Positions 51,879 through 60,800 of a stretch of DNA of 64,000 bases are shown in pieces (the first letter of the stretch is position 1; each line of letters opens with the position of its first letter). The position numbers and the translations under genes are program-made. The DNA is from an uncultured Methanosarcinales archaeon (GTDB lineage Archaea > Nanobdellota > Nanobdellia > Woesearchaeales > UBA11576). Where the stretch lies: assembly GCA_964563755.1 (NCBI GenBank), contig CAZLYC010000003.1:73831-137830 (forward strand). The letters are read 5' to 3'. The notes beneath the pieces are model-generated. The model searched no databases. It saw nothing but the letters and a program-made list of their open reading frames with translations, and was not told the DNA's origin.

Positions 51879-54241
51879 TTCTTTTTCATCTCCTGTTCTG
51901 CCTTCTCATAAAGAGCGTTCCTGCCGATATCGTTCAAGCGACCTGAAGGGATTGCCTTCTCAGCAAAGTCCCCTTTCATAGGGATTATCAGGCAATGCGC
52001 TGCCTGAGTCCTAGGGACGGAACTGGCGTAATATTTCTCAGTGGGAGATACTGTCTGCAGGGTTGCAAGCTTGTACGCGACACTGAAACTGTTGTCGCCT
52101 GTCTTGTATATCTTCATCCAGTTATCATGAGTGTGACCGCCGAGAGCGAGGTCCGCATTCGAATTCTTGCCTGCGCCGACAAGACCTGTGAATCCAGAAC
52201 CCTTAGGGTCGTGCTGCACTACGAGATTTATAGGACCGAACATCTCCTTGCCTTCGGTATCGAGACCGTAATCAGGTATGTTCAATACTCTCGCATTGCT
52301 GTATCCGCCGAGAAACACCCTTGCGCCTTCGTTGTCCCTGACATAATCCGGCTTGCCCACTTCGTAGATACCTATGCCTTTGGATTTCATGCGCTGCGCG
52401 AAGAAGTCGCTCTCCCTGAATCCTGTATCCTTCAACACCTCATCAGCATGATTTCCTGTCGTAGATACATGAGCCCACTTGAGTCTGCTGTGCTCGAGAG
52501 TGCCCTTGAGGAAAGACTCATAATAATCAGCGACCCTCTCGAGTATGACTGCCATGCTCTCGACGCTTCCGCCTCTTGCGTCATTCGTCATCTTCATAGC
52601 GAGCTTTATCACATCTTCAACGCTCTCTGGCTTGAACTTCGAGAGGAGCTCTATGTTCTCCCTCATGACTTCCTGCGGGTCCCTCTTGTAGTGATACCTG
52701 TGGTCCCATTTCTTTGAGTTCGCTTCTGCAGCGTCGCCAGCGTCAATGAATCCTTTTGCAGCAGCGTTCCTTCCCCTGAAAGATTCCCCTCCGAGAAGCA
52801 GCTTGCTGTAAAGATGCATCCAGCCTTCTCTTGCAATCACATTCTCTTCAGGAGAACCTATATGCTCGTCAGAAGATGCACAGATTATCGAATATTCCTT
52901 AGGCTGGTTAAGAACAGATCCATCTGAGAAATTCTTGTATTGCACCCACTCTGTCCCGACTATCCCATCTGAATCCTTGGTTATAACAGTCAGCCCCGTC
53001 ACACCATCATGAGTATACCTGTCGACAGCCGCGTGCTTTCTTGTGTTGATAGGCTTTCCAGCGCTTATCCTCTCAGGCTCTTTTCCTGTGACAAACCTGC
53101 CTATCTTCTCCTGGTCCTCGAAAGGAAGCACCATGACGAGAGTTATTCCATCTCTTCCAATCTCAGGGTCATATACTGACTGATTCTTGAAGTTGGTCTC
53201 AGCAGGAGTATCACTCGTCTTCTGGAACTGCTTGTATCCTATTCCTGCGTGGCCGCTCTCGACTATAACATCAATCCCTTTTGAACATGAATCTTTCATC
53301 TGGTCGAAAAGCCTGCTCTGGTAGCGGTCCATCTTGCCGTGAGTCGATGATAGAAGAGCCCTGTCACGTCTCTTCATTACCGCCCATGTAGAGTGCCTGC
53401 TGTGCGCATAATCCACATTCAGGCTCTTGAAATTAAGTATTGACGGAGAAGTCACCAATTCTACACCTATCCTGTCGCACATATCCTTGTATCCCTTGTA
53501 CATCTCCGCGACAAACTCCTTTGTCAGGTATTGATGTGCAGGCCTCACTTTCTTCTCACGGTAAAGCTTGCCCTCATCTGTCTTCTCGCTTATCCTCTTA
53601 CCGAGCTGCTTGAGCTTTGACTTGCAAGAAGACATCCTCCTCTTCATCCCGCTCCTTATGCTCGCGGACTTCTTTGAATTTCCGAGCGCAGAATATTCCT
53701 TAGACAGGTGCTTATACTCTGTATTCAGCGTCTTCTGCTCGGTCTTGAGGCCCTTAAGTTCATCGATGATTTCCGTCTGCTTCCTTATGAGCATCTCATT
53801 GACCATCGCAGATATAGTATACTGCGTGTCATCAGAATCAAGAGAGAAGACAATCTTCGCATTCGGCATCCGCTGCTTGAGCTCCCTTAACCTCGTCTCA
53901 AGAATACTCATCTGTATCTGCATCATCGACATGTACTGGTTGCTGTTAGGTATGCTTTCAGTCGCTTCCCTGCACTGCTCTTCTGTCTTGTTCCAGTAAG
54001 TCAATTCGTCATTCAGGTACTCTGGCCTGTCAAGACGCGTGACAGCGCCATCCACTATTATCCCTGTGATATCCTTATCCTGAGACATGAACTTAAGCAA
54101 GTTCTCGTATGCCCCTTGGTTGAAGTATGCTGTATCATATCCTACCTCACTTAAGACGTAGACGCGAGAGCGCTCATGCTTCTGCACGATGCCCTCGAGC
54201 GTTGCTTCCTTGGTTTTAGCGAGTTTGGTTGCCTTGTTCAT
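51875..54241 (-). CDS. Tandem calcineurin-like metallophosphoesterase (degenerate N-module with coiled-coil insert + intact C-module)
   Basis: C-terminal half: SSDEHIG (DxH), DAGDAAE (GDxx), TGNHAD (GNH[DE]), VVQHDP, GGHTHD (GHxH). The N-terminal half has the same spacing but substituted ligands (VLSEVGYDT, VDGAVT, ESGHAG). ATG 54241 is preferred for its GAGGAT RBS; the ORF track extends to 54349. Confidence 0.7.
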   Translation of the reverse strand: MNKATKLAKTKEATLEGIVQKHERSRVYVLSEVGYDTAYFNQGAYENLLKFMSQDKDITGIIVDGAVTRLDRPEYLNDELTYWNKTEEQCREATESIPNSNQYMSMMQIQMSILETRLRELKQRMPNAKIVFSLDSDDTQYTISAMVNEMLIRKQTEIIDELKGLKTEQKTLNTEYKHLSKEYSALGNSKKSASIRSGMKRRMSSCKSKLKQLGKRISEKTDEGKLYREKKVRPAHQYLTKEFVAEMYKGYKDMCDRIGVELVTSPSILNFKSLNVDYAHSRHSTWAVMKRRDRALLSSTHGKMDRYQSRLFDQMKDSCSKGIDVIVESGHAGIGYKQFQKTSDTPAETNFKNQSVYDPEIGRDGITLVMVLPFEDQEKIGRFVTGKEPERISAGKPINTRKHAAVDRYTHDGVTGLTVITKDSDGIVGTEWVQYKNFSDGSVLNQPKEYSIICASSDEHIGSPEENVIAREGWMHLYSKLLLGGESFRGRNAAAKGFIDAGDAAEANSKKWDHRYHYKRDPQEVMRENIELLSKFKPESVEDVIKLAMKMTNDARGGSVESMAVILERVADYYESFLKGTLEHSRLKWAHVSTTGNHADEVLKDTGFRESDFFAQRMKSKGIGIYEVGKPDYVRDNEGARVFLGGYSNARVLNIPDYGLDTEGKEMFGPINLVVQHDPKGSGFTGLVGAGKNSNADLALGGHTHDNWMKIYKTGDNSFSVAYKLATLQTVSPTEKYYASSVPRTQAAHCLIIPMKGDFAEKAIPSGRLNDIGRNALYEKAEQEMKKK
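54215..54231 (-). promoter_or_regulatory. Leader-motif copy CAACCAAACTCGCTAAA inside the first codons of the phosphoesterase gene
   Basis: The minus strand reads ATGaacaaggCAACCAAACTCGCTAAAacc. Confidence 0.4.
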
Positions 54242-54364
54242 TTTAATCCTCAGCTCTTTTTTGTGAATATGGTGCAGGGACGGGAGATGTTTTCCGGGCG
54301 ATACTGTGGAGAATGTTTTGTTGAGTGCTCTCCCGTTCCCCGCGAACATGAAATTTTTGATCTA

Positions 54365-55246
54365 TCACCTCTTTGGCTTCTCCTTCTGAACATGATTTTC
54401 CAGCAGGCCATCAAAACTCTTTATCGGAGTCCCAAGCCCTAGAAGCGTGACATTGCTATCCTTGTAAGGCACTGTCTTTCCCAGGATGCCTGCCCAGTAA
54501 AGCTCTCCGCCACGCCTGACGAAATATGGACTGCCAGAATTCCCGAACGTTGAATTGATATCCAGCACGTCGATAGGTTCAGGAAGAAGAGCGACATAAT
54601 CAGGATGTGCTACACTGCCCTTGGTCACTACAGGCAGAAGCGACCTTGGATATCCGAAAAGAAATACCTCATCACCAGGCTGCAACGATATTTTCGTATC
54701 CCTGATGTAACTTTCTGAAGCGTAAAGCTGTTTATGTGCCTTGACTACAGCGACATCCTTATCTTCATCCTTCGCGACCTCATAGATAGGTATGTCATCG
54801 CTCTCATCCTCATCAAGCACGCAGCCAGATAATGATGTCTTCTCGCTGACCTTGATATACAGCTTGACATCCAAATCAGGAAGGCCGAACTCATCCTCAC
54901 CAAAATCCGCAGAACTTACAAACTCTTCATTCGACAACACGTGGACATTTGTGACTAGGTATGTGTCCCCTCCCTTGTATGCGTAAGCGAATGCTGTTCC
55001 GAACCCCGTGACTGTCCTCGTCGGTGAATCTGCAGCAGCTCCTATCTCCCTATATTCGCTCTTTGTCTTGACACAGTATACAGAATGAAGTATCTCGTCG
55101 AGAGTGCGTCTCACGTTCGCATCCCTTGTCTCGACCGCAGTTGTTATACCTGCATCATGCTTTTGCAGGTATGCACAGCCCGGTTGCGCGAATCCGACAG
55201 TCGCAGCCAACACCGCTGTGGCGATGGCTGATAAAGTCTTCTTCAT
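54365..55246 (-). CDS. Secreted trypsin-like (S1/DegP-type) serine protease, possible lipoprotein
   Basis: ATG 55246 with a GAGGT RBS. Signal peptide ending FAQPGC. Catalytic triad contexts TNVHV (His), DVAVVKA (Asp), GNSGSP (Ser). Confidence 0.75.
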   Translation of the reverse strand: MKKTLSAIATAVLAATVGFAQPGCAYLQKHDAGITTAVETRDANVRRTLDEILHSVYCVKTKSEYREIGAAADSPTRTVTGFGTAFAYAYKGGDTYLVTNVHVLSNEEFVSSADFGEDEFGLPDLDVKLYIKVSEKTSLSGCVLDEDESDDIPIYEVAKDEDKDVAVVKAHKQLYASESYIRDTKISLQPGDEVFLFGYPRSLLPVVTKGSVAHPDYVALLPEPIDVLDINSTFGNSGSPYFVRRGGELYWAGILGKTVPYKDSNVTLLGLGTPIKSFDGLLENHVQKEKPKR

Positions 55247-55278
55247 TTTTTTACCTCTAGAACGCAAGAACTGAACCG

Positions 55279-55313
55279 TTTAGCGAGGTTTGGTTGTCCT
55301 TACGTCCATTTCC
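55279..55313 (-). promoter_or_regulatory. Leader-motif copy: GGACGTAAGGACAACCAAACCTCGCTAAA
   Basis: The 18-nt core is identical to 41360-41377. Lies 33-50 nt upstream of ATG 55246 and ~95 nt downstream of GTTTAAATATT. Confidence 0.5.
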
Positions 55314-55824
55314 TCTTTGTTTTCGGATAGGGTATGTAGTCTCTACCTTATGTTTTCTGACCCCATTATTGCTATGTTTTTTTAATATTTAAACATTATC
55401 TATTTGAAAAACAACTTTTTGATAAAAAATATACTAAAAAAACAAAAATAAGTGCAATCCGAATAAATAACGGAAAAATGTGTGAGAATTACTATGTAAA
55501 TATCACGGAAAAACTGCTTTTGATTAAAAAATCAAACAGTATCTTGAATTTTTACGCAAATAAAGTTAATATTATTATAACTTTAATAAATAAATGGTAT
55601 TACGTATTTCTTACGGAATTGCCCATTTTATCAGTTCTATATGGATGAAGTCAGCAACAGTCAGCAACATTTAAATAGCCAGACAGACATATAGTATACC
55701 TGCACAACAGAAAATCTGTTGCATTGCCGGGCGACATCTAATAACTCTTGACGACGGGCAAATGCCCTCAAGACACCAGTTGTACAACGACATTCTAGGC
55801 AAATCTGTTACAGGAGGTGTCAGA

Positions 55825-55980
55825 ATGCATGCCAAAGGCACGATAGGCCCAGACATAGAATGGGAAAGATACAGGTATACTCTGCCTGAATCCAAGGCAC
55901 AGGTCGAGATTATCCGAGAGATCGTGATGAACGACGAGGACTTGGAGTATATGGAAATTTCCAGGCAAGACAATAACTGA
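55825..55980 (+). CDS. Small hypothetical acidic protein (51 aa)
   Basis: An internal ATG of the 55762-55980 track ORF, preceded by CAGGAGGTG at optimal spacing. Isolated within a long AT-rich spacer. Confidence 0.4.
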   Translation: MHAKGTIGPDIEWERYRYTLPESKAQVEIIREIVMNDEDLEYMEISRQDNN

Positions 55981-56151
55981 AACGCACTAAAAAAAGGCAG
56001 AAAGCAGATTTCTGTATGCTGCCGATAGGCTAGTGTTCAACATAATCTTTTGTTCTATATTATCAGGCAGCCATAGCAACATTTATATTAAATAAAAATC
56101 TGTAATGATGAACGAAAGAAGATTTTCATAAACTAAAAAAACTGGTGACTG

Positions 56152-56988
56152 ATGGTATTAGAAGCGTTGCTCGACCCCAGAAAAGCTGAAGAGAAACCAT
56201 GGAAGCTGTTCTTCCTCGGCGCGATATACGCTTCATTCGCTTTACTTCTTAGCCTATGGGTATTCAAGAGTTATGCGAGCATAGTCATGGTGACAATGAC
56301 AGCAATATGCTCTGTCCCGCTATTCTACAGCCTCATAAAAGTAGAAGCAGACAAAGACACACTTCAGAAGAAAGAATCGTGGCTGTTGAAGGAGCATGGA
56401 AGAGCGGTCAGCGCTATGTCATTCCTGTTCTTCGGATTCGTGTTTGCATTCCTGCTCTGGTTCACGCTTCTGCCTAGCTCAACAGTGCAGACAATGTTTA
56501 ACGCGCAGATAAACACAATCGCCCACGTAACAACAACACCCACAGGAAATTTCGCATCGACATCAGGAGTCGTGTCTGTGCTTATGAACAACATGAAGGT
56601 ATTGATATTCTGCGTGCTGTTCTCATTCTTCTTCGGCGCGGGCGCAATATTCATACTGACCTGGAACGCGGCAGTCATCGCTACAGCGATAGGCACTTTT
56701 GTCAGGAATGAATTGCTTACACACATAAGCCCGTCTGTCGCAGCATATTCACAGATAATATCTGTAGGACTCCTGAAATACATGACACACGGCATGTTCG
56801 AGATAGTCGCGTATTTCATAGGCGCATTGGCAGGAGGAATATTCTCAGTCGCGGTCGTAAGACACGATTTCAGGACAAATGAATTCAAGAAGACAGTGCT
56901 GGATTCAATAGACATCTTTGCTATAGCTATACTTCTGTTAGTGTTCGCTTCACTGGTAGAGGTATTCATCACTCCCTGGATTATATGA
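56152..56988 (+). CDS. SpoIIM/DUF95-family membrane protein
   Basis: 278 aa, polytopic. The HGMFEIVAYFIGALAGG motif is typical of the family. Confidence 0.7.
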   Translation: MVLEALLDPRKAEEKPWKLFFLGAIYASFALLLSLWVFKSYASIVMVTMTAICSVPLFYSLIKVEADKDTLQKKESWLLKEHGRAVSAMSFLFFGFVFAFLLWFTLLPSSTVQTMFNAQINTIAHVTTTPTGNFASTSGVVSVLMNNMKVLIFCVLFSFFFGAGAIFILTWNAAVIATAIGTFVRNELLTHISPSVAAYSQIISVGLLKYMTHGMFEIVAYFIGALAGGIFSVAVVRHDFRTNEFKKTVLDSIDIFAIAILLLVFASLVEVFITPWII

Positions 56989-57002
56989 TTCTCTCATATT
57001 TC

Positions 57003-57357
57003 TACACACATAGTAAGAAATAGCATTACGAAAAATTCTCAAAAAATAATTGAATAGTCTATAGAAATAACACACAGCGTAAGATAAACATCAATAAAAT
57101 TGCGATTAATACATACAGGGTAAGAAATATATTTGTACACACATAGTAGGATATATATGACGCATTTCTCAACCAAGTTCTAAAATTTAACACCCACATA
57201 GTAAGATTATAAGACAAATGACGAATCACCACAATCATAGCTAAATAAACCTTGAAACGAAAAGTTTTTATATAATAAACACACATAGTAGGAATAACTG
57301 CGTAAAAAAACAAAAGCATAATACCTTAAACTCAATACACACCCAGTAAGAAAAGGA
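57003..57357 (+). repeat. Array of seven direct ~17-nt boxes (consensus ACACACATAGTAAGAaA) upstream of the HTH/giant-protein genes
   Basis: Copies start near 57003, 57069, 57109, 57136, 57189, 57278 and 57336, all in the same orientation. Start-to-start spacing is irregular (27-89 nt). Confidence 0.8.
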
Positions 57358-57365
57358 GCTGATTG

Positions 57366-57827
57366 ATGATAATCACTGCAGACAGAGCAGAAGGGAACGA
57401 ACCCAATAATCGTGCAGAGACACAATTTTCTGAGATACTCATACCCAGCACAATATTCTGCGACAGGTCAATAAGCTTTCTTGAGTCCCTAGTTGAATAC
57501 CTAAAAGAGCAGCTGAACCTATCTTACCATGAAATAGCCATGCTGACCAACAGGGATGAGAGGAACATCTGGACATTATACAGCAGGGTCGCAAAGAAAA
57601 GGAAGACCAAGAAACCCCTATCAGCCAAGGCACCGCTCTTCCAGATACCGCTCGCAGTAGTGCGCGACAGGTCAATATCAATACTAGAAGTCGTTGTCGA
57701 ATACATGCGCGACAAGGCGAATCTCCAGAACAACCAGATAGCTGCTATACTTAACAGGTCAGAGAAGACAACATCCACAGCATACATCCGTACAAAGAAG
57801 AAGAGGAGCAAGCAGACAGATGCGTAA
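57366..57827 (+). CDS. Tandem HTH (sigma-70 region-4/LuxR-like) protein
   Basis: ATG 57366 lies 7 nt after AAGGAG. Two internal repeats: IP..(I/V)F.DRSIS.LE..VEY(L/M)....L...(E/Q)IA..(T/L)NR.E....T.Y.R..KKR. Confidence 0.65.
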   Translation: MIITADRAEGNEPNNRAETQFSEILIPSTIFCDRSISFLESLVEYLKEQLNLSYHEIAMLTNRDERNIWTLYSRVAKKRKTKKPLSAKAPLFQIPLAVVRDRSISILEVVVEYMRDKANLQNNQIAAILNRSEKTTSTAYIRTKKKRSKQTDA

Positions 57828-60800
57828 GAGCAAAACCATGAAGAAACAGGGAAAATTCAGCGAAAAAATGGACGAGGCAGATACGAGAATCGCTGAGATA
57901 AATCTCGCGCTGAAATCCAGGAGAATGCCTGAATCAATCGACCAAAAAACACAGCCCATTTTATCTGAACGAAGATATCCTGCCATTGCAAAACCAAACA
58001 TCGGAGTCATAATCACAGTAATATTACTCTTATCTATCGCCACACTATTCCTAGAAGAAGGAATAACAGGCAATATGATCGCAGGAGACACATACCAATC
58101 ATATTCACAGCAGATAGATGCAGAGATAACACAGTACAGCAACATCACACTTAAGCTGCAAGAACTCCAGCAGAATTCTGAGCTGAGGTCAATCAGGATA
58201 AACGGACGCATCACAGGAGACGGGAACGCAGAAGCGTATCTCAATACAGACGGCAGGCAATACCTGATAATGAAGACAGGAGAAAGCGATGGAAGAGACT
58301 TCCTGCAAATCACAGGAGACGCTGTCTTGGTACCTCAAGCGCCAGTCATCGAAGAGACTGATGGAGACAAAAAGATCCTGACAGTAATTGAGTATGCAAC
58401 AAGCACCATCTGGGACACAGATAATGATGGAGTAGAATACATAGATGACGGAGTCATAGACTTCAGCGTCGAGAAGACCATATTCAGCTGGCCTGTGGAT
58501 GAGACCAATCTCTGCACAAGATGGACAATACTACCTCTTGAATCAGAAAATGCCACAGTGTTCTGCAACGGAGCAGCAGACTGCTGCGCATTATCAGGAC
58601 TCGCTCCAGAAGAAGATTCCTGGAACGCACCATTATATTTATTCCATGGAAGGTACGGCGCGGAAAATGCGAATACCGTATCTGCGCAGGTAGTATTCAT
58701 AGAACAGGAGATAGCTGAAAGAGCAAGCTTCGAAGGCATAGTAGGCACGACAGAGCAATTGAATGCTGAATTCATAGAGAAACCAACATTCGAACTTGAT
58801 AGAGAATGCTTCGAGACATGCATACTGCCTGATGGAATAACTGATGAGGAATACACCATCGAATTCCGCATCGACAGAGGCACAACACTTCACATCGACA
58901 GTATAGAATACTCCTTGGAAAACAAGACAACAGATGACAACAACACAGACGTTACTGTTGATGAAGGCATCACATTAACTGCAGAGATACAGGACAGCAA
59001 GAGCACAATCGTCCCTGCAATGATGACAATCACGGAGGATGGATACGAAGAGCTGCAACCTAACGCAACTGAAGGAACAGACACTTTCGTGAACCAGATT
59101 GCCCCGAACCAGAACTATGGAAGCCAGACATTCCTCGTAGGAGCAGAGAGCGGCGGAAGATACTCTGCGACACTGATAAAGTTCACTGACTCCTCACTCG
59201 CAGGAGTGAACCTCACATCTGCGAAACTAAAACTGTATTTCTATGACTCACCTACGAACGCTACAAATGCAATAAACCTGTCATCGCATCTAATAACCTC
59301 AGCATGGGACGAGGACACTGTCACATGGAACACAAGACCAAACTATTATGCTACACCCACTGACACAAAGACATTGACAAACAGCTATGGATGGATAGAA
59401 TGGGACATCACAGACATGGTACGTGCATGGACCAATGGGACAGCGACCAACAGAGGCATAGCTATAGTTCCTGCAATAACAACTGCCAATACGCAGAAGA
59501 GGTTCTACAGCAGCGACAGCCTGAACCAGACATTAAGGCCTATGGTCATAGTCAACTATACTGCCGAAGAGACAAACATAACACTCATCTGGCCTGAGAA
59601 CGACACGCAGCACGGCGATGGAGACCTGTATGCAGGATATGAAGTCAACAGCGAAGGCGCAATAGCTGCGTGCTCACTCGTGTACAACAACACAGTGCAT
59701 GACACGGACAGCACAGTGACTGAAGGGCAGCTTCAGCGTTTCAAACTTACGGTGAACACTGAGAAAGACTTCCTCTGGAAAATTAACTGCACTGCACAGA
59801 ACGGAAGGGCATCATCAAGCGAAGAGAGGATACTCCACATAAACGCGTCAAAATCCGACTTCTACGGATGGGTTGAGGACGCCCAGGGAGACAGGGTAAA
59901 CGTCACAGTGGAATTCAAACAAGACGTAACGACGAGATTCAGCAGCACAGGAAAAGTGCATGCGCTTACAGTCGATGACGGAGTATACAACATATCGGTA
60001 AGCCCTGTCAACAGCAGCAGGATACAGAACGTCATGTTCAGGAACATAACTATCACCAAGGGATTCACCAAGATAGTCGACCTTGACAATCCACCAACCG
60101 GAATCTGGAACAAGATATATGCTGTCAATCCAATGATGGGCAACATATCCGATAATGACACGTTCACTGTGAGTTCCGTAGCATCAACAGGGTCCGGAGC
60201 AGTATACAAATGCGCTGACTGGAACTTCTCCACACAGACCTGCTATGGCGAATGGAAATTCTTCAGGGGAATAACCTCAGGGGAAGACTATACAATGATG
60301 CTCACGCTCAACGACCCCGGATTCGGCGAGATAGGAGAAGCAGGCAACCTGGAAATATACAGGATCCAGCCCATGACCGTCGAGAATGACCGTAATATGA
60401 ATACGGGCGTTGTCGTTTATAACCCTAATACAATAAACGTAACAATATCGAACGTGACAGACTACTGGAGCATAGACAGGATAATAAGCGACCAGGCACA
60501 TATAACCTCATGCAGCCCAAGCTGCACTGCTAATGGTGCCGCAGAAAGCCTAACCTGGAACGGAAACCATGTAATACCTGCAAATGAATACAAGATATTC
60601 AAATACACCGTAGACCTTAACAACCCGCCAACAGGCTCGTTTACTAACGTCACATTCTCCAACAATGATACATCCTACCAAGTGAAGAACATATCAATAA
60701 GGGATCATGCAGCAACAGCATACCTGACAATATCAACTGATGCATTGAATTTCTCTGAAGCAGCAGGGCCGTTGCAAGGCATAACTAACCAGACCTTCAC

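Noticed and set aside
41360-55296. Integrated mobile element delimited by the identical 18-nt direct repeats
   Set aside because: Not adopted as the primary interpretation. No integrase, transposase or tRNA target is present. Shorter copies of the same motif sit at internal gene starts, and the codon usage matches the host strand bias. It is retained as an alternative in the findings.
55380-55680. Replication origin in the AT-rich spacer
   Set aside because: There is no adjacent orc1/cdc6, no ORB or mini-ORB-like inverted repeats, and no change in strand compositional bias across it.
57003-57357. Possible CRISPR array
   Set aside because: The repeats are only ~17 nt, imperfect and irregularly spaced (27-89 nt start to start). 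There are no cas genes. An operator array is the better explanation.
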